DNA from: Tubiluchus corallicola
Lineage: Eukaryota > Animalia > Priapulida
Assembly: GCA_030141605.1 (NCBI GenBank)
Contig: JAQGDQ010000026.1
Coordinates: forward strand, 372,001-436,000
DNA: 64,000 nucleotides
Reading direction: 5' to 3'
Below are positions 11,776 through 23,339 of the stretch, one piece after another (the stretch's first letter is position 1; each line of letters opens with the position of its first letter). Below the pieces are notes generated by a model, which made no database searches, was not told the origin of the DNA, and saw nothing but the letters and a program-made list of their open reading frames with translations. The position numbers and the translations under genes are program-made.

Positions 11776-14700
11776 ATGGCAGCGATTCTTGCACCGCACA
11801 TAACAGCTAAACATGTATTAGGAATACTTAATAGAGAAGTTAGCGGAAAGACACCATGGTTAACAGAGGTATTCTAATTAAACAGCTCCAACCTATAACA
11901 GGGCTTGACTATCTATATGTATAAAAAAATGTAGGCCATACTTAACTACACAGATAAACCAATGCGCGGTAATAATTAATATTTACTGTGCAGAAGATGT
12001 AGACATTGTCTACTAATGCAAAAGTGCAAATTAAGTAAATTGCTGAGCTACACGAACTGTCCATTTTCAAAAGGGCAGGTCAAGTCTACAACTAAAGTTT
12101 CTAATAATTATAGTACAAAGATTCGATTGGACGCAATAAATTTGCAAACGCCGATGTTGGAATAGGGAAACAAGGCGCTACCGGACATGCCAGTAATTTT
12201 CGGCCAGGAGTTTACTACAAACGTGAACTTGACGAGTTAAGGTAATATACAACATGTTTGATGAACAAAAAAGAGATTGAAAAGCTACAATGCTAATATT
12301 TATAAAACGAAAAATACAGAAAAAGATGATTAAGAGTTAAAATAGCAATTGAAATTTGGTGCCAAGTCCGTGGTACTTATAGACTTCCGTGTGTATTAGC
12401 CACGTTCGCTGGTTTTTGCACATCTAGGGGTATACGTACAACAGCTTATTGAATCTGTACCAGTGTTCGCATGTTAAAAAGCATTGTTACACTAGTGCAT
12501 AAACATATTTTAGCCGTAGCAATTTCGGGGAATCTTACACGAAAAGACTGGCCAGATAAGACTCATAGGCCCGTGTCACATAGAGCTGGACATAACCCGT
12601 AAGGCGTAAGCCATAAGGAAAAACTCAAAATTGAAAAATGACTGTATCAATGGTCCTCGTCGTACAGATAATCCATCTTCCGCCAAGCGCGGTTTGCCTA
12701 CCGTAAGTAGTCATCCATGATCGCGGGAGGCTCCTTATAAGCCGTTTTGTGCTAGTTCATAAGTCGCCTTAGAAAGTTACGACGTAATACACAAGTTGCG
12801 CCCTCTGTTACGATAAACCGAATAGCTATCTTTTGTTTGTCAATTAAAATATTCTTTAAGAAATACTTTACTATTTAGTGCAAACCAAATTAGCACATAT
12901 TTTCAACACAACAGTAGTGAAAAAACAGATTTTTTTACCGTACGTTACCAAGTTTGGGATACGGGATACCCCAAGTTTGAGGGGCCTTAGGCTGCAGCTT
13001 GTACTAACCTATAGGATAATCTGGCCCTTTATTGCCAAGCTACAATTATGATCACATTTTCAGAGATGTCATAGGTGACAATAAAGCATCTGTAACAAAG
13101 CGAGACTTCTTGAATTATAAATGGTCAACAGAGGGCTCGCATCCTTCAAAAGGGAGGACTGGTTGGCTTGCAAATTTACCCGTGACGTCTGTGCCTGCAA
13201 ACGAGGTAAATGAAAACTTAAATATTGTAGCTATGTGTGTTTCATTTTATGTATTGACTGTTATTATTTGCAAGTTACCTGTTTCGTGTTGCCATTGCAT
13301 AAAACATTAATTGCCTAGATTTCCTTACTCAAATCTTGTTTATCACAAAGATAGCAGCCTAGCAACTTCGATTTTTTTATGCAATTCCCCACACACTACG
13401 TTGGGTTAGGGTTAGGGTGGGTTAAGGTCAGGGTTAGAGTTGGGGTTAGGGTTAGGGGATTTAAATTAAAATTGGGGAATTGTAAAATCTTTCCAGCTGT
13501 TGTTTTGCTAAGCCAACTGCCTGAAGTCGGCTTCAAAATTCACCACGTAGGATAGTAATGAAATGAATACTTCACCACATTAAGCGTAGTTTCACGTGGG
13601 ACAGTGATGAAATGAGCACTTCACAATATCAAGTGTAGTCTCATTTAGGGCAGTGATTAAATGAACACTTCACAACATTGAGTATAGTCTCACGTGGGGC
13701 AGTGATGAAAGCAGCACTTCACAACGTCAACCATAGTCTCACGTTCTAGTTGAAGTTACGTGAGCCACATACCCAAGAGTTTCAACTTTATCAGACTACT
13801 TTTCTTGTGCAACAGCGCAATCCTTTTCGATTGCATGGGACAATAACACGTTATTGTGGGTACTAACGGCACCTAGTAGACATTTTCAAACTCCGCTTAG
13901 CTTAACATTTTTAAACAACCAAAATCTGTTGTACAGTATTACAGTCGGATGTCAGAATCCGACTTTAGGTATAGTCACTTTACTTACCTGACTGCACCCG
14001 TCTGTCTGTCTGGTCTAAACAGATAGACAAACAGAGAGACATACAGACTGGCAGCCAGACAAACAGACAAGCAAATAAGCAAGCAAGCAAACAAAAATAA
14101 ACAAACAAATAAACCTGTATCGTTCTATTGCAGGCTCGAGATCCGGATCCCAATGCGAATCCGCCCGAGTATCTTCCCTATTCGTTGAAAGGACGTAGAA
14201 TTGCAAAAGATACAATTAGTGAAACTGCAGATAAGTTCCGGAGATTACCTAATATTGGTAAACATATGTTAGTTTTCTTTCGTTGTGGCCTAATCCTACT
14301 ATATACTGCATGTTTGCAACTTTTATGTTGTTGCACTGTGTACTGTGCAGAGGACATAACGACGGACGGAAAACAAGCCTGGCAACTGTCAAATTTTGGC
14401 GCACCAGATCTTAACCGAGGTTTTTCAGAGATCGCACAAGAGGAATGTTGCAACATTGTGCGTAACAACTCTTTTGTGTAATATTATAAAACTCTGAAAG
14501 AGGTGCGAGTATTTTCAAGACCTTGCAGCAAATACGTTGCAGGAAGAGGCCGTGCTAAAACAATTGCTAATATATCGGGATTTGAACCCGAGACCAGTGG
14601 ATTATGTGATAATCCGTTTGGACCAAAACGCTGTAAATGTATTCATATCAGAATGGCAAGATTATCACTAGAACACTGGTGCTAACACACCACAAATACT

Positions 14701-17700
14701 TAAAGAAACAGCAAGCTTTATTTGATCAAAGGTTGAGGGTCCCTGGCGAGCTTTCTTAACATGAGAATTTAACATTATCAGAATAGATAGACAAACAATC
14801 AATTAGCTATAAACTCAATATTATTTGACATAAGAAAAACACATTTGAGAAATAATTAACAAAGATATACTAGAAATTACAGTTTAGCTACTGTCTTTAA
14901 TTTTACCCGAGACTTTTAAATGTACCACTCAATAAACTGTACTTATCGTGAGTCTCTGTGCACACGTAGGCTAGCTAGCTTAACCTCGTAACTGTCGCTG
15001 TCGACGGCGGCATGTACTGGAACAATCTGACGGCAGGCTTCCCAAACGGTAACTTCAGGGTCTGACAGGTAGATGACATCAGGTGTGGCATTAACTTCAT
15101 CAACTGAGGAATGTACGGTATCAAGTCCGGAGTATCTGAAGACATTGACAGGAAGACCCACCACAAGTTGGTTCTCTGAGTACTACCAATAGTCCATTTA
15201 CCGACTTGGTCTCCTCCACCATAAACAACAAAGTCTACTCTAGGGGCTTCCTAAATGACGGACAGCCCAGGATCACAAAGACTGAGTATAACCATTGTAG
15301 AATTGCTCTGTTTCTGTTGGACGAAATGCCATTAATAAATGCAATATTATCCTTTAAACCGAAAATTGATAAAACTCAAGTAGAGCAACCATATTGCAAA
15401 ACCACACTTTTCACACCCTGCTCTGTGGCCTCGTTTTTCCAGGTAAACCTGTTTGCTCTAACCAGAATGGCTGCATAACATGTAAAAGTTGGTTCATCAC
15501 CTAAATCTGACCAATCAAACATGTTATAAAGAGTAGCAGCTGTGAATGTACTATTTATCATCACTCAGGATTGGTGGTCAAACTTGTCAAATAAGGAAGC
15601 ACACCTGTCAAGTTCATGTCCCTGGTTTCTTCCTTTGATAAACAAAGTTGACAGTAGATGGCACTACTATGCTAGCCTGAGAGATAATAACTACATAGAG
15701 AAACAAAATAAACTTTTCACTTAGCAATACAAAATTAAACTCATTGGCGCTACTCCACTTAACTGAGCAAACATAATTGTAGAAATTCAATTAGTACGAT
15801 AAAATGAGAGCACTATTGTATAGGGCTGTTAAAGATTACGCCTACTTGCTTTAATCATTTTGATATGTACCCATATGGAGAAAGCAAAGTTGATTTCACA
15901 TTCAACAACACATTTTCTGTTAGATCAATAAACCGTGAGATTTATTAATTCTGGAATCTTTGGCTAAGTGTAGGTAAAACATCTCCTTGAGTAGGTTAAT
16001 TACCAGCTAGTTGATGAATTTTCAGATTTCTTGAGAGAACTGTTTAAATAGTCATTACCACGATATGTGGTACATGCCACGGCGAGCAGATGGGGCAGCT
16101 CTCAATTAGTTTCCCTGCACTACAAATTATACATTAGTGTTGTAAACAGTACTCGAGAATCGAAATTGTTATTTCCTACAATAATTATTTACAATTTTTA
16201 TTAATTATGTAAATATTATATAAATGTATATCAATTACAATTATTGTTGTAAATAATATATCCAGAAAAGCCATAAGGAATTTTAGTTATTAAAAGCTAA
16301 GTGTTCATGACTTTTCGTGACCAGTATGTAAATGGCCACATCATTTGTACATTTATAACGTTTGGAAAGATTTATTTTTTATTAATTGTGTTGTTTTAGT
16401 TGATGTATCTAAAAACTGCGTTGCTGTCGGCGGAGATTCAGGGTTTACGCATGGCTATGACTGCAATCCGATTATTAATGACCCTCCAAACCCATACAAG
16501 GTTTCGGTAATAATAGATTCTTTAATTTATTTCAGCTTTATTTGTGAACATCCAGCATTGCGATAACATTAGGTAGAGGTGTTTTTAACTTGATATTTTA
16601 TTTTTATTCTATGTACTTGAATTTATTAAATAGAACCTTAACAAGAGGAAGAATAAAGTTTAATAGTTTGAATTTTTATAGGTGCCGAAAACTTCAAGCT
16701 GTAAAGAAAGAAGAAGCATTACACAGACAGACTTTTATCGCAATGACTTTACAAAGGTAAAAAGTGGGCCTGAGTGTATAGTCTACAATAAGTGTGTAGG
16801 TACTCATTAAACGGTTGAGCGACGCTTTACTGACTTCAAACATATTGGTTTATCGCTCCCTTGTGACGTAAGCATGCCACAGGATGCATAATAACTCTCC
16901 TTGGTAAACAACTTGACAACTAAAGTGGCGTTTATGTATCTTGGGGACGCGGATGGGTTTTTACCGCGGAACAGCCTACGGAAAACAACAATAGGAGCTG
17001 CAGAAAAGGAATAACGCCTACACATAGTTGCATAAACAGGTGCCTTGAAAATAATATAAACCGATTTTATCTATTCCGCAACCCCCAAAACGCATCTGCG
17101 TACGCATGCTACATAAACGGCACTTAATGGTTAATCAGCAGATAAGCTGATTGTGCTTTTTCATACCCCCAAATTTGCAGAGCAGCAGTTATTTTTACAC
17201 GAAATTAAGCCTTTATAATATAAGCTTCATAATACAAGCCAAATATAGCCATAAAGTTTCAAAGAACTACAAAATGCGTCGACATGAGTGCTTAGTAGGG
17301 TCTTTATTATAAAGGAACTAAGCCAGCAACGGACAACAAAAATATTTACTGAAGTCCTTTTGAACACACACGAACATCATAACTGCGACGTAACTGCGCT
17401 GATCATGTGGTTGCACACAAGGTTTTATCCACTTTCTGCATCTTTCCAACGGTAAGCTAAGCCATGGAAATGAAACAAATTTGATTGTCCCCTTCCGCAG
17501 ACGATCCTAATATCGACAGTCTATGTTACATAAGCGTCTCTGATATATTTTAATTTATACTACCAAAAAAATAGCGTAAAGTCAACTGTTTCAAGATACT
17601 AACATAATAACGATATACCAGGCGGCGCAAAAATGTGCCGAAGTTTTATTCATGATATAATAAGAAGAAAATAACAGAGTCGGGTTTAAAATTACCACAC

Positions 17701-19134
17701 TGATGTTGCAGATGCTTGCGTATAAGCACCAAAACATTTTAGGTCATTCCCTTTGATTTTTCCAAATCACATTGAAGTTTTAAACCAACAAGTCAAAAAA
17801 TAATAAATGCTGGAAAAAGTTTTGGATCACTACTTTAATATTTACAGCAAGTTCTCTATGTGTCCGCTGTTTTCACTGAAAGATAGATAAAAGCGTTTCT
17901 TCTAAAAACGGAAAAACAATTTCTCACTACTTTAAAAGGAGTATTTGGAACCTTCCACTGCACTCAATAATTTAGAGCACCCCATGTACACTTTTCTCTG
18001 TAAGGAAATTCCAGATACAGTACCGTAATCCAGAGGATTAAGTCCCATTTTTCTTGGTAACAAAATTTAATGATTATTAGCGCTTTATTTTCTGTGGGGC
18101 AGACCATGGTGCAAACTGGATGATTTCTTTGTTGTCTTACTGTCACGTGTTGAGTGCTTTATAAGTGAAATTGTGAAACAATTAGTGGGTGGCAGGTAAA
18201 TTTGCACCCTAATTATAATCTGTTCGTTTATTACGTGAGCCAAAATACAGGTGAAATCTGAGCCAATTCATAAGTGTCGACAAATATTAAACAATTAAGG
18301 TTAGCTCGAATTATAATATTATACATTTCAGGGAAGAGTTCTACTACCATTTCCCAATCGCAATAATTGCACTGGATATTCAACAGATACTTACGGTCAT
18401 TGTAAGTTTGCAGAAGACACCTATTGTGTAAGTGTGCTGAAACTATTTAATTTGAATTTTCAATGGCTATTAAGTAGGTTTCGTCTCGAAAGGTTCCTAA
18501 CTTAAATTTACAATTCGTTTCAATCATTTAAGGTTCCTTGAGCTTAGCGGAGTTCATAAATGCACTTTACTAGTATAAATATAATGACTATCGACAAGAC
18601 CTAACTAGGTTTTATAGTGTGTCATGTACTGAAATAAAATGACAATTTTCTTTTTATTAGACGCCATACGAGCGTATTTATGAAACGAAAAAGGATAAAT
18701 TGGACAATTTTGAAACGTAAGACCGTTTTTCTTTGTTTTACGCATGTGGTTCTTGCCAGCATTTTTCCCATGTATGCCAACACCAATTATTTACCAATGT
18801 GTGTATGCATTGCATGCCAAAATGTTGTATCAAGTATTCTTGATCCAACTAAGATACGGGTTTCTAAAAATGAGGGAGAGACATTAAAGTCTACAACACA
18901 TTGGAGCATTTATTTGATGTAATTCCATGTACAGATTCATGTTTTGTCATTGTTTTACTTGTTGCTAATAATAATCATTATTCAGTCAATGTATTTTGAT
19001 CTCATTTCAGCACGTATAAAGCAGGCTTTCGCGGAAAACCATTTCTTGAAGGATGTGATTGGGAAACACTGCGCAGGAAACAGATAATTGTTGGAAAAAA
19101 GGAACCAACAAGATATGTAGCAAATACTTGGTAA
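11776..19134 (+). CDS. PPP1R32: PPP1R32/SAXO4-like ciliary microtubule-associated protein, about 312 aa, 9 exons
   Basis: Exons 11776-11868, 12114-12241, 13064-13205, 14134-14257, 16400-16500, 16682-16756, 18332-18427, 18661-18716, 19011-19134; all GT-AG, phases consistent, 939 nt open. Motifs TGHASNFRPGV, GDSGFTH..PI, SITQTDF..GRVLLP and VGKKEPT parallel the recalled human PPP1R32 sequence (TGYKSNFQPV, EGSGFTK..PI, SVTKSDF..GDEFLP, VGKKEPT). Alternative in-frame ATG at 11761. Confidence 0.85.
13382..13482. repeat. Telomere-like (TTAGGG)n tract bracketed by a 10-bp inverted repeat
   Basis: CAATTCCCCA ... GGGTTAGGGTTAGGG ... TGGGGAATTG. Confidence 0.75.
13545..13745. repeat. 49-bp tandem repeat, about 4 copies
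   Basis: Unit approximately TTCACAACATTAAGTGTAGTCTCACGTGGGGCAGTGATGAAATGAACAC. Confidence 0.88.
13938..14112. repeat. Hairpin plus (GTCT)/(CAAA) microsatellite, resembling a Helentron-associated non-autonomous element
   Basis: AGTCGGAT-gtcaga-ATCCGACT stem followed by CCGTCTGTCTGTCT and CAGA/CAAG/CAAA repeats. Confidence 0.45.
14943..15680 (-). pseudogene. Decayed intronless coding-like fragment of unknown origin
   Basis: GC-richer than its flanks; protein-like reading continues across a few stops and frameshifts; no TE motif recognised. Confidence 0.4.
17850..18150 (-). mobile_element. Tc1/mariner-superfamily transposase C-terminal remnant in a PPP1R32 intron
   Basis: DLNPLDY..WNFL.EKVY and NSGHIENLL* read across frameshifts. 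Confidence 0.65.
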
Positions 19135-20262
19135 CACTCGTGGCACAGTAATGATAGTTGTAATATTTTCACGTTATTGTAGAAGTACTTAATAGTCCCT
19201 TAGATTAATTTTTAAGCTTTTTAAAACTCAGCGTAACTTGTACAGAAAATGATTTCAATTGATTTACTTTTTTGCATGTGTACTCGTTTTTTGTTAAATT
19301 ATATTATTAATTAATGTATTCAAGATAATCATTAAACTTGTCACTTGTGCCTCCTTGAGCGTTTCTTTCTTGGTAAATTTTGACGATATGTCTGGTCAGT
19401 CGTTGCTAACCTATATGCTACGACCAAATACAAACCATTATAGTAATGAAGTACAGTAATAAGTGAAATATTGAAAATTTGTAGTTTTTTTCTCAAACGG
19501 GCTTGATACCAATTATTTATTTGTTATGACAGTTTTGTATATGGTTCTCAGGATACAAAATCAATAAAGTAGTAGTTAGTGATATGAGTTCACTCTTTTA
19601 CTAAACACTCCACTTGAAAGAACAATAAATTGAGTCGGCTGATTAACGGAATCACTAAGAGACATACCGTGTAAGTTGCAATAGCTGTTTTTGTGCCAAC
19701 ATAACCAATATTACGTGAATGAGCACGTCGGGAACAATGTGGGCTAAACACAGCGTTGAAATACTTTTGATGATTCGTACTTTAAGTAATATTTATGATA
19801 TATATATTTATTGGGCAATAACCTCGCATCAGTAGGGCATTGAAAATTCGCGTGTCTGCAATAACACTTATTCAACAATATCTATCTTTACTGGAAACTG
19901 GAAGATCGGGGCTTAACAAAAACCGCATTTCTTACTGCAGGCTGGCATGCACGCACACAAGCGCACACGCCTCCCTCTCCACACAAATAACAATGAACAA
20001 TAAAGATATTTAAGTTAAATAACGTTTCTGTACAAGTTTAAATTTTATTGTAATTTGTATATAATTTATGTATGACATTTCTTTAAAGAATACAAGCTAA
20101 TATCCTTGTACACGCTGTAGTAAGTATTCCCAGTAAGTGCGGTTCTAACGCCAAACTTTGTAAAATCAGCTTAGTTTCGTAAATATCATCCTGGAAAAAA
20201 GAAATATATAGGTAGCCTTATTTACAGATAACTGTCACAGTAATGTTGTCCCTTAGACTAAA

Positions 20263-20265
<3 letters not shown>

Positions 20266-20338
<73 letters not shown>
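20266..20338. repeat. (CT)n microsatellite
   Basis: Read directly from the sequence. Confidence 0.97.
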
Positions 20339-20345
<7 letters not shown>

Positions 20346-20501
20346 GCCTAAGCAAACTTAAAGTGGCGCACATTATATAATGAAGGACATTTTAGGACAT
20401 TTTAGTGCAAAGAATTGAATGGTATGTGTGATCTATCCAAGTAAATTAATATTGTTGACTACTTACATACATTCTGCCTAGAAACGTGGGCTGAACTGTG
20501 G

Positions 20502-23137
20502 CTATAACATATTCGCGATAGGATATTCAACTTCTGCGTGCCGTACTCCAAACGAAAAACGTGGTGGTTCGTGTATCGATTTTAAATAGGGTGGTCTTAC
20601 CTACAACAATATTATAAAGAATGTGTAAGAAGGAAAAAATAGATACAAGAATAGCTATCATGAATCGTATGGAACTCGTCCTTCACAAGTCATATGTGAA
20701 AAGCTTTGGCTGCTTTACTCACATCATATGCAGCGGGCCCGGGGCCCGTCGACGATATATTCGTTCCTTCTCTACCGGCTCCGCCTCTCATTGAAAATTC
20801 TGGTGATCGATGTTTATAAGCATTGCATTGTACTATTTGGTAGCCAGCTGGTCCAGGGGTCTGCAACCAGTGGAAAAAAATTAATTACTTAAACAATGCA
20901 AATTACAATTACTAGGTACGTTAAATATATACGTACGCGTATAAGGTTCGCTATATACGGTTAATTGGGTAATTAACATATTTGTAGTTCTGTCAGAAAG
21001 CAGGAATAACGGCCCTGAAATCCCTGGAATCCTCGAACAAAGTTCAAATCTAGGAGTTGGAATCTCTGGTTTGAATTCTAGTACAGCATGTATCATCATA
21101 GTAGTTATTAATATTTTTGTTATTATCACTGCTGTTGCCATTGCAAACGTTTTCGAGCATTCATTTCTGTAACTTGCAAGTAAATTACAATACTAACCCG
21201 TTTGGGCGTAAAGATGTCTCTTCTGTCTTTAGCACTTCCAAGCGGTCCTGAACAGAAGGAGTACATTGGCGCTGAACGCTTAGTTGAAAATGGTACGCGT
21301 TGCCCAATGAGCTCAGGAATCCTGTATCGATTTGGTCCTAAAAAGTATACAACGCAAATTTAAATTTATACTAAGAGCGTTATAACTAAACTGTTCACAT
21401 AATATTAAAGATTAGATTTAACTTTGGAACTAGTTTATAAATTCAAATAATTCACATCATAATTTTAGTATGAAATTTGATTACTTTGATTTAATACTAA
21501 GAACATTAAGTAATAATGATGCGTGAACAAAGCTGGATAACTAGCATTAAGCACGACTACATCCAGAACAAGTGTTTAAAACAGCTCATTTTTGTGATTT
21601 TGTATAATAATTGCCATAAGTCCTAACGTTTTACATGTCGCACTTAAAACTGATCGATTACTGTTTTTGCCCAACAGGCCAACGGAGACCAGCCTTTAGC
21701 TTTTCCAGTCTTATAATCAAGTCCACTGTCAATAAAACATGTAACAACATACCAGCACTACCTTTAAGTAGGTAGCCTATAATAATTGTACGAGGTCGAA
21801 TTTCATGTTTTACTCATGTAAGCATAAAATTATCTCACCTGGGAAGTTCGTGTTTGGGGGCGGTAAAGCCCCGACTCTGCCTACCACTGAGTAAGCAGGA
21901 GTGGTTGGGTAAACCGATTTACAGTCCGCAGGAGTGTACCGGGCTGGTCCTGGCGAATTCTCAAGCTCTCCTAAGCTGAAACAGGCGCGATACAATTACT
22001 ACTACGTATAGTAGATATGGTTTTGAAAGGTTTTGTCAAAGTGCATGCAGGGATAGCAAAGTAAAAAGATGATCTGCCAATACAAATTGAGCTTGGAAAC
22101 TGAAACTAACAAAGTTAGATTGGGTTAAAAATCCGTTAGAGTGAAAACACTTGGGGAAAGGCTTACCCAAAGAAGGCCTTCCTGAGAGTTTTAATAACTA
22201 ATTTTTCTTACCCTTTAGACCCGAGAAAGGAAACGGCTCTAGGTGCATCTTTTCCTCCTTTGTAGTAAAAACCTCTCACATTATATGCTGCTGGACTAGG
22301 TGCGGAGTATTCATAGCTAACTTTCGTTCTGTAAGATTTAAATTACTGATGTTAATTTAAAATTTTACTGTGAAATGCATAATTTACTCAGTGCAATTTA
22401 TTACGTAGTGTTACTAGTGTGTCACAGGCCCGCATCCTGACAGCCAGTGAATACCAACGTATGTACTTGGTTTTTAGTGCATTAAACTACTGGCCAATAT
22501 ATTTTTATCCGCGAGCAGCGCAGATCTAAGGGAACCTACACATTGATTTCTATCCTTTATTTTATTGTTTTTTTAGCTATCTAGTTTTAGGCATAACCTT
22601 GGATAACTCGCACACTGGTTGGTCACACATGATTAAACAGCATTGAACCTGGCAATAGTCAAGTGATAAACACGGGTATTCAGTCTTGTTGGAGAGGTGC
22701 ACACGTGATGTTTTATATCGGCTTACTATCACTTTGTAAGGCTGTCTTTGCCAGACAGTGCATGTTCGTCTAATTCAACTCTTCCCTTTGTATGCGGTTC
22801 ATGTTAAGACTTAGATTGATTTGTCCGAATTAGGCCTGATCCATACCGCGAGTCCGTGACAGTCCTGGGTTTTCTGACGCTAACCACATGATACCGCTAC
22901 AGATACTGAAAGCGATTAAAGTCGTTGATATACGAAATGCGCTATCAAGTTTAGCCGCCAGTTGCATGCAAAAAAATAATAAATACGTTAGTGGATATAT
23001 AAATCAGACTGAAGTAAAATGTACCTACGACCGAAAGTACAAAAGCCTTTCGGTTCTCTGGGAGGCTCAGAAACGGCCCTACTCCCGGCTTTCCGAGGAG
23101 CAATGGGCGATTCGTCAGCAGTTTTGTTGGCCGGCAT
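20502..23137 (-). CDS. ODF3/CIMAP1-like SHIPPO (PGP)-repeat sperm-tail/ciliary protein, about 247 aa, 6 exons
   Basis: Minus-strand exons 23137-23025, 22328-22212, 21975-21839, 21337-21198, 20860-20723, 20600-20502 (744 nt, phases consistent). Repeats PSPAAY, SPGPARY..PAYS..GR, PGPNRY..APMYSF, TPGPAGY..PEFSMRG, PGPAAY and C-terminal PRFSFGVRH. First exon least certain. Confidence 0.88.
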
Positions 23138-23339
23138 CTTTTCTGTTGCGTTCAACAAAAACTCCTGAAGACGTCATTCTATTGTCTGCGCTTACAAAAC
23201 CATAACTTAAAGCCGTTTCCTTGACAACTTCCGTTAGCTTCTTCTTGACGTAGTAAACGTACTGCTAAGCGTTTCAAGCAGCTTACTAATTTGTAGGATT
23301 CAGTTATTATGCTAATAAATTTTTTCAGCATTTTTCACC

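Noticed and set aside
13545-13745. CRISPR-like array or C/D snoRNA cluster (repeated TGATGA)
   Set aside because: Whole units repeat without unique spacers, there is no matching D box, and the context is eukaryotic.
18401-19134. Suspected frameshift or dual-frame last exon in PPP1R32, using the donor at 18402
   Set aside because: Recounting shows that 18427, 18661-18716 and 19011 give one continuous frame through VGKKEPT.
20734-21774. Apparent series of phase-1 mini-exons on the plus strand
   Set aside because: They mostly overlap the antisense of the well-supported ODF3-like exons and show no homology.
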